Shown: positions 29,015-39,759, numbered from the stretch's first letter. The stretch is 64,000 nt of DNA from Pseudomonadota bacterium (GCA_043825875.1 JBDRRF010000067.1:42852-106851); one strand, 5' to 3'. Made by a program: numbers and translations. The notes: generated from the letters alone by a model not told the origin.

Positions 29015-30499
29015 ATGAGAACAAAAATATTCATCTTATTTTATACAGCTTGCCTGGTAACCTTTTTTTTGCCGCTAGCAGTTTTTGGAGCAGAAAATGT
29101 GCGAACACCAGCATATGCCGGTTCTTTTTATCCATCAGACAAGCAGAAGCTTGAACAGACCATAAGCAGCCTGACTCAAAAAACAAAGAATAAATCATTT
29201 ACTATTCCTTCCGGCAAAACACTAAAAGCTCTTGTTCTGCCTCATGCCGGTTATATCTATTCCGGGCCTACTGCTTCTTATGCATCTTTGGTTCTTTCTA
29301 AAAATCAATTTTCAAAAGTAATATTAATGGGTCCTGATCACAGGGTAGGTTTTAACAATTGCGCTCTTACCGATACGAAAGCATATGAAACTCCGCTTGG
29401 ATTTGTGAGAATCCACAAAGATGCAGCAAAATTAAGCAATAATAAGGAATTATTTAAATCTATTCCTGTTTCGGATAAATACGAGCATTCTATTGAAGTT
29501 GTTCTTCCTTTCCTGCAAACTTATCTTAATGAATTTGAAATTATTCCTATCGTTGTCGGTTCAGTTGATTATCAAGCTGTAGCAAAAGCTATAGAGCCAT
29601 TGCTTGATGACAACACACTGCTTGTTGCAAGCTCCGATCTTTCGCATTATTTAAAATACCAGGATGCTGTGAAAAAAGATCAGGAAACGATAAACATGGT
29701 ATTGAACCTTGAAAAAGAGAAACTAGTAAAGCATGATAACAGTGCCTGTGGTAAAATTCCTATCTTAACAATCATGGATCTTGTCGGTCAATTCGGATGG
29801 AAGCCGTTTCTTATTCATTATTCAAACAGTGGCGACACGGCCGGGGAACGTTCACGGGTTGTCGGATATGCAGCAATTGCTTTTTATGGAGAACCATATA
29901 TGAAAGAAAATAATAATGTTTCAAGCCGATTAAATGAAAAACAAGGACAAATACTGGTAAAACTTGCAAGGCAAACTATTGCAGACAAACTCGGAATAAA
30001 AAACAACCTGGGGCAGGTTCTAACCTCTATCAGTGAAGATATAAGTCTTAAAAGAAAAAGCGGCACATTCGTCACACTTAAAATCCATGACCAGCTTCGC
30101 GGCTGCATAGGGAATCTCGACAACTCAGAAACAATTACAGAAGGAGTTAAACGTAATGCCATAAATGCGGCATTTAATGATCATCGTTTTTCTCCTCTTA
30201 TTAAACAGGAATTTGAAGATGTTGAAATTGAAATAAGTATTCTTTCCGAATCAAAACCGCTTGAATATAAAGATGGCAAAGATCTTGTCAAAAAACTCCG
30301 TCCGAATGTTGATGGTGTAATTATCCGGAAAGGTTTTGCAAGTGCGACTTTTTTACCTCAGGTCTGGGAACAGTTGCCGCGTACCGAAGATTTTCTCACA
30401 CATCTTTGCATGAAAGCCGGTCTTTCTTCCGATGAATGGAAAAGCTCAAAACTGGAAGTCCTGACATATAATGTTCAATATTTTGAAGAGGAAAAATGA
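29015..30499 (+). CDS. amrB: AmmeMemoRadiSam system protein B (MEMO) fused to protein A (AMMECR1), with signal peptide
   Basis: AGSFYP, PHAGYIYSG, EHSIE, SSDLSHY, NSGD, VVGY; then GTFVTL, LRGCIG, TFLPQVWEQLP, LCMKAG. Confidence 0.92.
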   Translation: MRTKIFILFYTACLVTFFLPLAVFGAENVRTPAYAGSFYPSDKQKLEQTISSLTQKTKNKSFTIPSGKTLKALVLPHAGYIYSGPTASYASLVLSKNQFSKVILMGPDHRVGFNNCALTDTKAYETPLGFVRIHKDAAKLSNNKELFKSIPVSDKYEHSIEVVLPFLQTYLNEFEIIPIVVGSVDYQAVAKAIEPLLDDNTLLVASSDLSHYLKYQDAVKKDQETINMVLNLEKEKLVKHDNSACGKIPILTIMDLVGQFGWKPFLIHYSNSGDTAGERSRVVGYAAIAFYGEPYMKENNNVSSRLNEKQGQILVKLARQTIADKLGIKNNLGQVLTSISEDISLKRKSGTFVTLKIHDQLRGCIGNLDNSETITEGVKRNAINAAFNDHRFSPLIKQEFEDVEIEISILSESKPLEYKDGKDLVKKLRPNVDGVIIRKGFASATFLPQVWEQLPRTEDFLTHLCMKAGLSSDEWKSSKLEVLTYNVQYFEEEK

Positions 30500-32594
30500 A
30501 AGCCCTGTATTACTGGTAGTAATTGCAACGGGGATTTCTTCCGTTGTAACCCAGTTATTAACAATTCGCGAATTTTTGGCCCAGTTTCAAGGCAATGAAT
30601 TCGTTGTTGCCCTTATATTGTTTTCATGGCTTGTATTAGGCGGCATTGGGACTTTACTTTCACAATTGCACATTAAAAAAAGACTTCCTTCAGCTAAATT
30701 TCTTGGCTTTCTTTCCCTCCTGGTTGCACTACTTCCAGCTATACAGATTCTTTTGATAAGAAAACTTCGTGATGCTTTGTTTATACACGGGAGTTCAGTA
30801 GGATTTTATCCCACATTCGGATTTATTTTTTTAACAATATTACCTTATGCTGTTCTTATAGGTTTTGTGCTTCCGTACAGTCTTTTCGTGTTAAGATCTT
30901 TTCAGCCGGACTACTCCGGAACAAAGATATATATAGTCGACAATATAGGAGATATAGCCGGGGGCGCTTTTTTTTCTTTTTTACTTGTGTATTTTTTTTC
31001 ACCGTTTCAATCGATTTTCATATCAAACCTTTTTGTTCTTGGCGCAACATTTCTACTTTTAATAAACTCCGGAACCCGGCATATTAAGGCTATCATAGGC
31101 GTATGCATTACCCTTGCAATTCTTGTTTCAGGCCTTTTCCTTGAGAAAAGCTCTCTGCTGACACATGAAGGAAATCTTGTTTATTATAAGGAATCAAAAT
31201 ACGGACGTATTGAAGTGCATAAGGATAATGAGCAGTTTACTTTAATAGGTGACGGAGTTCCCTTATTTTCAAATCAGAATACATCAAATGCAGAAAAAAC
31301 TATTCATTACCCTCTTTCACAGGTATTGAATCCAAAGCATATTCTTATAATATCCGCCGAAGGCGGGATAATGGAAGAACTTGAGAAATATCACCCGGAA
31401 AGTATAGACTATATCGAACTTGACCCGGAAGTATCCGGTGTATTATTTGGTTTTGGCCTGCTGAAAAAAATTCCGGGGCTAAATGTGATCAACCAAGACG
31501 GGCGCTCGTATCTTTCACATTTGGATAAAAAATATGATGCAATAATTATCAACATGCCTGAGCCAGATACTTACCAGATTAACAGATTTTATACAGATGC
31601 TTTTTTTGGTACAGTCAAAAAGCGTTTATCGCCTCAGGGAATTTTAAGTTTTTCTATGGAAGGATACGATAACTATCTGGCAGAACCTCAACGTCAAAAA
31701 ATATCATCTGTTTATAATACGTTATCAAGGCATTTTAAAAAAATCCTTTTACTGCCTGGCCCCGAAATTTATTTTTTAGCTTCACAGGTTCCTGTTAATG
31801 CTGATATTCCTGATTTGCTGGACAAAAAAGGTATAAAAACCGATTACGTCAGCAATTTTTTTTATGGCAATCTCACAGAAGATAGAATCAGACATTTAAA
31901 AGAACTTATCGATTTATCTGCTCCGGTTAATACAGATAATTACCCTCAGCTTATGCGGATTATGTTTTTGCAATGGTTTGCAAAATTTTCAACATCTCCT
32001 GTTGCCTTTATTCTTGTTTTGTCAGTTTTATGCATAATTTACCTTTCACGAATAACAAAAGAAGAATTTGTGCTTTTTTCAACAGGATGTATGGAAATGG
32101 GAACAGAAATTCTTGTTATATTTGCGTTTCAGATTTATTTCGGATATATTTATCTTAAAATCGGTCTGATAATAACTGTTTTTCTTGCGGGTCTTCTGCC
32201 GGGAGCCTGGGCCGGAAACAAAATGGCAAACCAATACGATCATTTTAACAGGTCATTTCTTGCAATAACTGATGGGATTCTTATATTTCTTACAGGACTT
32301 CTGATTCTGGCTTTTTTAAAGGGCGGGGATAAGATTCCTTTATTTGTTTTTCTGGCATATGGTTTTATCGTATCAATGACATGCGGATTTCAGTTTCCCA
32401 CTGCTCTTAAGCTGATGGGAGACAATAATCCATCTGTGACAAGGCTGTTTTCAGCCGATCTTATCGGGGCAGCCGCAGGTACGCTTCTGATAAGTGTTGC
32501 TGTTATACCCTATTTCGGAATTATCTGGGCGGCAATTGCGCTGATCGGATTAAAATTTGTAAGCCTGATTTTGATACAGATTAAAAGAGCTTGA
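30471..32594 (+). CDS. Membrane-bound spermidine-synthase-like protein (TM-SpeE-TM)
   Basis: About 7 N-terminal TMs; ESKYGRI, IELDPEV, DGRSYL, YDAIII..PEP, NRFYT, NTD..P; C-terminal TMs. Start uncertain. Confidence 0.8.
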   Translation: MFNILKRKNESPVLLVVIATGISSVVTQLLTIREFLAQFQGNEFVVALILFSWLVLGGIGTLLSQLHIKKRLPSAKFLGFLSLLVALLPAIQILLIRKLRDALFIHGSSVGFYPTFGFIFLTILPYAVLIGFVLPYSLFVLRSFQPDYSGTKIYIVDNIGDIAGGAFFSFLLVYFFSPFQSIFISNLFVLGATFLLLINSGTRHIKAIIGVCITLAILVSGLFLEKSSLLTHEGNLVYYKESKYGRIEVHKDNEQFTLIGDGVPLFSNQNTSNAEKTIHYPLSQVLNPKHILIISAEGGIMEELEKYHPESIDYIELDPEVSGVLFGFGLLKKIPGLNVINQDGRSYLSHLDKKYDAIIINMPEPDTYQINRFYTDAFFGTVKKRLSPQGILSFSMEGYDNYLAEPQRQKISSVYNTLSRHFKKILLLPGPEIYFLASQVPVNADIPDLLDKKGIKTDYVSNFFYGNLTEDRIRHLKELIDLSAPVNTDNYPQLMRIMFLQWFAKFSTSPVAFILVLSVLCIIYLSRITKEEFVLFSTGCMEMGTEILVIFAFQIYFGYIYLKIGLIITVFLAGLLPGAWAGNKMANQYDHFNRSFLAITDGILIFLTGLLILAFLKGGDKIPLFVFLAYGFIVSMTCGFQFPTALKLMGDNNPSVTRLFSADLIGAAAGTLLISVAVIPYFGIIWAAIALIGLKFVSLILIQIKRA

Positions 32595-32647
32595 ATTATT
32601 TTTATCAATACTTTCGCACATATACTTAAGGCTATATGTTATAAATT

Positions 32648-33847
32648 ATGAATAAAATAAACAGAAGAAAATTTTTATGCAATGCAGCATTACTTCTTTC
32701 GGCTCCTGTTTCATCTTATGCCCTTTGGCCTTTTAGTGCGAAGAAAAGTGAAGCAGCGGGTTCGAATAACATTCGGGGCAGTATTTTTAAAGGAGATGCT
32801 CCTGATAAGCCTGGGAAATGGTCGCACGAAGCATTATTATATAAAAAGCTTGATAATAAAAAAGTGGCATGCGGAATATGTCCTCACAGATGTTTGCTGT
32901 CGCCGGGAGACAGAAGTGTATGCCGTGCAAAAGCAAACATAGATGGAGTATTATATAGCCTTTCGTACGGAAACCCCTGCACAGTTAATGTTGATCCTAT
33001 CGAAAAAAAACCACTTTTTCACTTCAAACCTCAAACAAAAGCTTTTTCAGTTGCAGCAGCCGGATGTAATTTCCGTTGCCTGAATTGTCAGAACTGGGAA
33101 ATTTCACAGGCCAAACCTGGCGAAGTGCGCCATACCGAGCTATTCCCCGAAGATGTTGTTAAGGCGGCATTGAAAACAGGTTCCGAATCAATCGCATGCA
33201 CATATTCCGAGCCGATTTCTTACATTGAATATATGCTTGATATAGCAAGTATTGCAAAAGAAAAAGGTCTTTCCAATCTCTGGATATCAAACGGATATAT
33301 AAACAATAAACCGCTGCGTAAATTATGTAAATATATTGACGGCGCTAATGTTAATATCAAATCTTTCAGTGACGAAATATACAGAAAATTAAACGGGGGA
33401 AGGCTTGAACCGGTTTTAAATACTTTTAAAACCATGAATGAAAACGGTATTCACTTTGAAATGACCAACCTTGTTGTACCTGGTTATACGGATGATGCCG
33501 AAATGGTTAAACGTATGTGCGGATGGATTCTATCTAATCTTGGTCCCGATCACCCTCTTCATTTCCTGCGCTTCTTTCCACAATATAAACTTGACAGACT
33601 TGTGCCTACACCTATATCGACACTCGAAAACTTTCGGGACATTGCGATCAATGAAGGAATTCATTATGCATACGTCGGCAATGTTCCGAATCATGAAGGG
33701 ATGAACACATACTGTCACAATTGTAAAAAACTGCTTATAAAACGAAAGGGCTATTTTATCCCTGAGTATAATATTTCTGAAAACAGATGTAAATTCTGCA
33801 ATACTATTATACCCGGCGTTTGGGGAAAAAATATAAGGATGGTTTAA
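32648..33847 (+). CDS. amrS: AmmeMemoRadiSam system radical SAM enzyme with twin-arginine signal
   Basis: CGICPHRC, DPIEKKPLFHF, CNFRCLNCQNWEISQ (CxxxCxxC), TYSEP, YVGNVP; N-terminal NRRKFL. Confidence 0.93.
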   Translation: MNKINRRKFLCNAALLLSAPVSSYALWPFSAKKSEAAGSNNIRGSIFKGDAPDKPGKWSHEALLYKKLDNKKVACGICPHRCLLSPGDRSVCRAKANIDGVLYSLSYGNPCTVNVDPIEKKPLFHFKPQTKAFSVAAAGCNFRCLNCQNWEISQAKPGEVRHTELFPEDVVKAALKTGSESIACTYSEPISYIEYMLDIASIAKEKGLSNLWISNGYINNKPLRKLCKYIDGANVNIKSFSDEIYRKLNGGRLEPVLNTFKTMNENGIHFEMTNLVVPGYTDDAEMVKRMCGWILSNLGPDHPLHFLRFFPQYKLDRLVPTPISTLENFRDIAINEGIHYAYVGNVPNHEGMNTYCHNCKKLLIKRKGYFIPEYNISENRCKFCNTIIPGVWGKNIRMV

Positions 33848-33895
33848 TCAATCCCTGCGGTTTTTCTAATAAATTGTATCCCGGAGATTCTTACA

Positions 33896-35152
33896 ATGGA
33901 TTTTATGGATAAGAAAAAACCAGGCACAAAAAGTATTACAAGTTATTTTATAATTCTTCTTGTGATCTGGACATTTGGAGTCCTTGCAGCTCTGGGATGG
34001 AATATATATCAGATAAAAAAATCAAGCTTTCTGGTTGCCAGAAGAAGTGCGGAGATATCTTATAATAAGGATCTTATCTATCGATATTGGGTGGCAAAGC
34101 ATGGTGGAGTTTATGTGCCGGTTTCTGATGCAAACCCTCCTAACCCTTATCTTAGAGTTCCACACAGGGATATTACCTCCTCAGACGGAAAGAAATTCAC
34201 TTTGATAAATCCTGCTTATATGACACGCCAGGTAAATGAATTGAGTGAAGAAGCAGGGGGATTCAAAGGTCACATCACCAGCCTTAATTGCATTCGGCCT
34301 GAAAATCATCCTGATCCATGGGAGATAGAAGCTCTCAAATCATTTGAAAGCGGCACAAAAGAAGCAGCTTCTTTTGTGATGAAATCAGGCAAAGAGTACT
34401 TTCGTTATATGCGTCCTTTTACTACAGAAGAGAGTTGCATGAAATGTCATGCCGCGCAGGGATATAAGGTGGGTGATATTCGCGGAGGAGTGAGCATCTC
34501 AATACCTATGGAGCCATTAAAGTTTATTGAACAGTCACAGGTAAGCAAAGTGCTTTTTGCCTACGTTTTTTTATGGTTTATAGGCATAGGTGGAATTGCT
34601 GTCAGCACACGGCGTTTATGGAACCAGATGCTTTATCGTGAAAAAATAGAGGATGAAATTCTCACCCTGTCTATGACTGACCAGCTTACCGGTCTTTACA
34701 ATAGAAGAGGCTTTTTATCTCTTGCCGAACAGCAGCTCAAATTAGCATACAGAAGCAAGAGCAAAATGATGCTATTTTTTGCGGATCTGGATGGTTTGAA
34801 GGACATTAACGACAGGTTCGGGCATAAGGAAGGAGATAAAGCTCTTATTGAAGCAGCATCGGTATTTAAAGAGACTTTCAGGACAACCGACATAATCGCT
34901 CGTCTGGGAGGGGATGAATTTGCTGCACTTGCAATAGATATACAAGATAAAAATCCCGAAATCTTTTCTTCCCGCCTTCAGTATTTGATAGACACACAAA
35001 ACAAGCAAGAAAATCGATCTTACATGCTGTCAATCAGTATGGGCGGCTCTTTCCAAAATCAGGAAAAACCCTTTTCCATAGATGAGCTCATATCTCAGGC
35101 TGATAAATTAATGTATGAGCATAAAAAACAAAAGAAAACCCATCCGGCTTAA
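33896..35152 (+). CDS. Diguanylate cyclase with periplasmic heme-c (DUF3365/Tll0287-like) sensor
   Basis: TM, HGGVYVP, NPAYMTRQ, N.PD.WE, CMKCH, TM, DQLTGLYNRR, RTTD I-site, GGDEF. Confidence 0.9.
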   Translation: MDFMDKKKPGTKSITSYFIILLVIWTFGVLAALGWNIYQIKKSSFLVARRSAEISYNKDLIYRYWVAKHGGVYVPVSDANPPNPYLRVPHRDITSSDGKKFTLINPAYMTRQVNELSEEAGGFKGHITSLNCIRPENHPDPWEIEALKSFESGTKEAASFVMKSGKEYFRYMRPFTTEESCMKCHAAQGYKVGDIRGGVSISIPMEPLKFIEQSQVSKVLFAYVFLWFIGIGGIAVSTRRLWNQMLYREKIEDEILTLSMTDQLTGLYNRRGFLSLAEQQLKLAYRSKSKMMLFFADLDGLKDINDRFGHKEGDKALIEAASVFKETFRTTDIIARLGGDEFAALAIDIQDKNPEIFSSRLQYLIDTQNKQENRSYMLSISMGGSFQNQEKPFSIDELISQADKLMYEHKKQKKTHPA

Positions 35153-35399
35153 ATACGCTGATCATAACTTAATCTAATCAAATTATAAGTAAAATCCAAA
35201 TGCGGTTACCCTGTGTCGTAAAACAAGGTTTCTTGACTTTTCGGTCTTGTGCTGATAGTAAAAATAAAATTTGCCTGCTTTACGGGCAGATATCTTGAAC
35301 AAAAAAAGGAGGATAGCAAACGGTTAAAACATATAAGTAATATTGGCAAACTATCCGGTCTGTTCTGATTTGATTTCAATAAGGTTGAGGAAAAGTTTA

Positions 35400-36716
35400 A
35401 TGAAAAGATTTATGTTGTTATTACTTACATTTTTATTGGTTTCAGCTTTTGCGATGCCGGCGTCAGCTCTTGAACACATTTTCGGCGGTTACTGGCGAAC
35501 CAGGTTTGCTATTCAGGAAAATTTTTCCGGTGATGATACAGGCACCAGCCTTGACAGCAAGCAGGTTGATACAAGAGCCAGATTTTATTATACAGCCAAA
35601 ATAAATGAAAACTTAAAGCTGGTAAACAAGTTAGAGCTTGATGCTATCTGGGGTGAAAACGATGGTTACGGCAAGGTAGGAGCAGATGGCACTGATATTG
35701 AAATTAAAAATTTATATGCTGATTTTAAAATTAATTCATTTAATGTTTTAGTCGGAGTCCAGAATTTTAATGTTGCGCGCACTTTTATATATGATGATGA
35801 TTTTGCAGGCATAAAAGCCATCTATAAAATAGATGACCGTTTCAGTGTGGTTTTTGATTATCAGAAACACAAAGAAGGCGGAAGAGGTGAAAACGATCAG
35901 GATGTAGAATCATATATTCTTACTCCGGTTATTAATCTGAACAAAGATATTTGCATTAAACCCTACTATATGTTCCTGCATTCAAAAGACGGCTTTTTGT
36001 TGCCGTATGAAGTATCAACTACAGCATCAAACTATCTTGATAATGTTAATATCAATTATTTGGGTATTGATTTTGATGCCAAAATAGATGCAACAACGCT
36101 TTGGTTCACAGGTGTTAAACAGTTTGGGAGCTTAACCTCACAAGGTGGAGCGGGAAATCCATTCGGAGATATCAAAGGCACAAAAGTTGATCTTAAAGGA
36201 TGGCTTATTGCTGCCGGAGGAAAATATGATTTCGGCAAAACGGATATTCATGGCCAGTCCTTCTGGGCAACAGGTGATGACAATAAAGGTTTTACAGATA
36301 AAGAAATGAACGGGTTCTACGTAACCTCATCCAGCCAGTATTACTGGGCGGAAATACTTGGCCGTGGTATGTTCGATGGTTCAGCCGGTGCCAATGGTTT
36401 AAACAGTCAGCCAACCGGTTCACCCGGGTATTCTCCCACAAACATTATAGCCGTGAATCTCGGCGCAACCCACAAACCGACCGATAAGCTTAGTATCACC
36501 GGTGACCTTTGGTATGCAAAGCTTGACGAGAAAAATAGTTTCGGAGAAGATGAAATAGGCATAGAAGCAGATCTTAAATTAACTTATAAACTGCTTGACG
36601 GGTTAAGCCTTGATATAGTAGGTGCATATCTTTTTGCAGGAGATGCGGTATCATCTGATGGCAAAAACGATGATAATCCTTTTGAAATAGGTACGCGCCT
36701 TTCTCTAAGTTTCTAA
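35400..36716 (+). CDS. Outer-membrane porin-like beta-barrel protein
   Basis: Signal peptide (...PASA), amphipathic beta strands, C-terminal [11 protein letters not shown] at 35400. Confidence 0.75.
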   Translation: MKRFMLLLLTFLLVSAFAMPASALEHIFGGYWRTRFAIQENFSGDDTGTSLDSKQVDTRARFYYTAKINENLKLVNKLELDAIWGENDGYGKVGADGTDIEIKNLYADFKINSFNVLVGVQNFNVARTFIYDDDFAGIKAIYKIDDRFSVVFDYQKHKEGGRGENDQDVESYILTPVINLNKDICIKPYYMFLHSKDGFLLPYEVSTTASNYLDNVNINYLGIDFDAKIDATTLWFTGVKQFGSLTSQGGAGNPFGDIKGTKVDLKGWLIAAGGKYDFGKTDIHGQSFWATGDDNKGFTDKEMNGFYVTSSSQYYWAEILGRGMFDGSAGANGLNSQPTGSPGYSPTNIIAVNLGATHKPTDKLSITGDLWYAKLDEKNSFGEDEIGIEADLKLTYKLLDGLSLDIVGAYLFAGDAVSSDGKNDDNPFEIGTRLSLSF

Positions 36717-38146
36717 GAAGCCGACAGTTTCTCTTTCAATATTCTGTTTACTATTTCAGGATTTGCTTTTCCTTTTGTTTCCCTCATAATTTTTCCCACA
36801 AAAAATCCAAGTACTTTTGTTTTGCCACCTTTGTATTCCGCAACCTCTTTAGGGCTTGATGCTATTAATTTTACCACAATTTCTTCAAGCAAAGTTTCAT
36901 CCGTAACCTGGACAAGGTCTTTTTCTTTTATTATTTCTTCAGGCGTTTTTCCGGTTTTTGCCATTTCATCAAAAACAGTTTTTGCTATCTTGCCGCTTAT
37001 TATTTTTTGGTCGATAAGCTTTAACATTTGTGCAAGGTTTGAAGGTGATACGGGGGATTCTTCTATGGTTTTATTTTCGGCGTTAAGAAGCCCTAAAAGA
37101 GAACCCATTATCCAGTTGCTTACCTGTTTCGGATTATTAAATTCATTTGTGCAGGCTTCGAAATACCCGGCGAGTTCAATAGCACCGGTTAAAACATCAG
37201 CATCGTATTCAGGAAGCCCGTATTGAGCAATAAAGCGTTCTTTCTTTTCATCAGGAAGCTCAGGAAGCTTTTTCTTCAACTCCTCAACCCAGGCGTCATC
37301 TATTGAAAGAGGAAGAAGATCGGGATCGGGGAAATATCTGTAATCATGCGCATCTTCCTTGCCTCTCATGGATATAGTGTTGTTTTTTTCAGGATCCCAA
37401 AGCCTTGTCTCCTGAATAACCTCTTCTCCGTCAAACAAAACATCTTTTTGTCTTTCAATTTCATATAAAATTGCTTTTTCAACATTTTTAAATGAGTTTA
37501 AATTCTTAAGCTCTGTTCTTGTTCCGAAAGGCTGGCTGCCTACAGGACGTATGGAAATGTTCGCATCGCATCTGAAGCTGCCTTCTTCCATGTTTCCATC
37601 GCAGATATCAAGATATCTTAATATTGATCTTATCTTTCTTAAGTAAGCACCCGCTTCTTCAGATGAGCGTATGTCCGGCTCACTCACTATTTCAATAAGG
37701 GGAACACCCGTTCTGTTGAAATCTACCATAGAATAAGGGCGGTCAGGATCATGTATAAGTTTGCCGGCATCTTCTTCCATATGAATTCTTGTAATACCGA
37801 TTCTTTTTTTTGAGCCACTAACATCAATATCGATATAACCATGTTCACAAATTGGAAGCTCATACTGAGAAATCTGGTATCCTTTGGGAAGATCAGGATA
37901 AAAATAATTCTTTCGCGCAAACCCGTTGGTTTTTGAAATTTTACAGTTTGTCGCTATTCCCATGAGCATAGCATATTCAACGACTTTTTTATTCAGTACC
38001 GGAAGAACGCCCGGCATGCCAAGGCATACAGGACAAGTATGGGTATTGGGCGGTGCTCCGAAAGAAGTAGGGCACGAGCAAAATATTTTTGTTTTGGTTT
38101 TCAACTGGGCATGAACTTCAAGCCCGATTACGGCTTCAAACTCCAT
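36713..38146 (-). CDS. gatB: Asp/Glu-tRNA amidotransferase subunit B
   Basis: [44 protein letters not shown]. Confidence 0.97.
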   Translation of the reverse strand: MEFEAVIGLEVHAQLKTKTKIFCSCPTSFGAPPNTHTCPVCLGMPGVLPVLNKKVVEYAMLMGIATNCKISKTNGFARKNYFYPDLPKGYQISQYELPICEHGYIDIDVSGSKKRIGITRIHMEEDAGKLIHDPDRPYSMVDFNRTGVPLIEIVSEPDIRSSEEAGAYLRKIRSILRYLDICDGNMEEGSFRCDANISIRPVGSQPFGTRTELKNLNSFKNVEKAILYEIERQKDVLFDGEEVIQETRLWDPEKNNTISMRGKEDAHDYRYFPDPDLLPLSIDDAWVEELKKKLPELPDEKKERFIAQYGLPEYDADVLTGAIELAGYFEACTNEFNNPKQVSNWIMGSLLGLLNAENKTIEESPVSPSNLAQMLKLIDQKIISGKIAKTVFDEMAKTGKTPEEIIKEKDLVQVTDETLLEEIVVKLIASSPKEVAEYKGGKTKVLGFFVGKIMRETKGKANPEIVNRILKEKLSAS

Positions 38147-38382
38147 TAATTAAATTCCTTATTTTATTACCTGTTGTTACAGATTAGATGTGGTTCTCAG
38201 TATTATAGTGCAAATATAAAGATGCGTTATGATAGTGTCAAGCTATAAGGCTATAAGCTATGTGGCTTTTTACCTTTTTCACGGCAATTTTGCAGAGTAT
38301 GTACGATTTTTCAGGCTTGATTTTAAGCACCCGTGGTTTAAAGAATAAAAAGGTGTGCCAAACATAATCGGGCAGTTTGGCC

Positions 38383-38646
38383 TTATGCAACATGCAAATT
38401 TAAATTCAGCGCGTCACATACTTTTATGTAAGTTACGATATTGCAGTTAGCTCCGTTCTCGATCTTAGAAAGTTGCTGCTGTGTAACTTGCGCTTTTTTT
38501 GCAAGTTGTATTTGTGATAATCCCGCCTTTTCCCTTGCCTCGGCAATCTTAATTGCAAGCTCGATCTGTTTTTTTTCTTTTTCAAAGGCTGCCTTAAATT
38601 TCGGGTCATTCATTTTTTCATTAAGTTTTCCTCTAAATGTTTTCAT
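38383..38646 (-). CDS. XRE-family HTH protein (orphan HigA-like antitoxin/regulator)
   Basis: DPKFKAAFE...AREKAGLSQ.QLAKKAQVTQQQLSKIENG. Confidence 0.8.
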   Translation of the reverse strand: MKTFRGKLNEKMNDPKFKAAFEKEKKQIELAIKIAEAREKAGLSQIQLAKKAQVTQQQLSKIENGANCNIVTYIKVCDALNLNLHVA

Positions 38647-38871
38647 TATATATCCACTATGAATTACTTGTGAGCATGTGGCAAATCAAAGAAAAAGCTC
38701 TTTCAGTTTTTCCGTGTTTCCCTTCAATTCATCCGGTTTGCCCAACAGCTAAAAATGTTCAGCCAACTTTAACTAAATCTTCCAATAATGCTCACCCCTC
38801 ATGTTCGGTCCTTTATGTTCAACTTTCTGCCAATCATAAAAATATATAGCAATTTGATAGTGCTAAATCAC

Positions 38872-38983
38872 TACTGGGTTTATCATTCCAAACTTACCCA
38901 TAAAGTAACCGCCAATTGGCCTTTTTATTATGCTTTATTACATCAGCGCCCCATTGCTTAAAAAAGAATAAAACACCTATCAT
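38872..38983 (-). pseudogene. C-terminal fragment of a phage Gp37/Gp68 (DUF5131)-like gene
   Basis: Translates as GVLFFFKQWGADVIKHNKKANWRLLYG*VWNDKP, resembling the family's FFFKQWG...K..GR.L.G..W.. end; in-frame stop at 38894-38896. Confidence 0.6.
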
Positions 38984-39038
38984 TTTACCCGTTGTTTCAA
39001 CCTCAATATATCATAAATCTGGCTATAAAGCCTTACAT

Positions 39039-39202
39039 GAGATCATTGAAAAATAGCCCCTCTCGCTCGATTTCAGTGTAAGGCTTAAATCTCGCACGGA
39101 GTGAAGCTTTAGCGCTATCCTTGAAATACTCAATATATTCCTGCGGCTGAAATTATCACCTTCCTTGAACTTGAGAAAAATTGAAAATTTTTAAGAGGTC
39201 TC
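39039..39202. mobile_element. MITE-like element, copy 2 (inverted, diverged, with ~22-bp insertion)
   Basis: Reverse complement aligns to 18698-18838 (e.g. TCAAG.TCAAGG, CAGGAATA....GAGTATTTC.AGGAT); ends GAGAtC...GGTCTC. Confidence 0.65.
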
Positions 39203-39219
39203 AATTTTTTCTCTTTTAG

Positions 39220-39759
39220 TTATTTTATCCAGTTTTCAAATTCAATTTCAATATCTCCACCAGAGATTTCATGAATTGGTGACATTGCATCATCCGTCAC
39301 AAGTATCAGGTTGTATGCCAATGCAACGGCCGTTATCCAAAGATCATTCTCCTGTATCTGAAGTTCTTTTGAAGTAGTTGGATCTTTCCATTCTTCAATG
39401 CGTTTTTTTCCGGCTGACTGACCTTTTTTTCGCCTTGGCGCATATTTATCATAAAGCTTTGCCCGGAGTAGAGAATAATGTTGTCGGGCGATATCGCAAT
39501 CAATAGTCAGGCAAGGATATCTTGTCAGAATACCAGCCAGTTGTTTGTATTTTTCTTTATGCGGATCAGCAAATGGTCCCACTCTGATACCGTATTCTAC
39601 TTCTCCGGCTGTGACAGGCGAAAGAAGTATTCTGGCGTTTTTCGGCAACGATTCAAGCTTCTCTCTTAACTGAATGCATTCACTGCTTTGACTGCCTGCT
39701 TCCAGTTCATGAATATATCGAATAATATTGGTGTCAAGCAAATAGTCTTTCTGTTTCAT
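39220..39759 (-). CDS. PIN-domain (VapC-like) ribonuclease
   Basis: YLLDTNII, VTAGEVEYG, ENDLWITAVA, LVTDD, i.e. all four acidic positions. ATG 39759 overlaps the MTase stop (ATGA). Confidence 0.85.
   Translation of the reverse strand: MKQKDYLLDTNIIRYIHELEAGSQSSECIQLREKLESLPKNARILLSPVTAGEVEYGIRVGPFADPHKEKYKQLAGILTRYPCLTIDCDIARQHYSLLRAKLYDKYAPRRKKGQSAGKKRIEEWKDPTTSKELQIQENDLWITAVALAYNLILVTDDAMSPIHEISGGDIEIEFENWIK

Noticed and set aside
35305..35360. c-di-GMP-I riboswitch suggested by GGCAAAC near a diguanylate cyclase
   Set aside because: The GAAA-tetraloop stem and GCAAAGC second stem are not present in the required arrangement.
38345..38362. sigma54 promoter for gatB (minus-strand TTGGCAC)
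   Set aside because: No GC at the -12 position (reads TTTTA).
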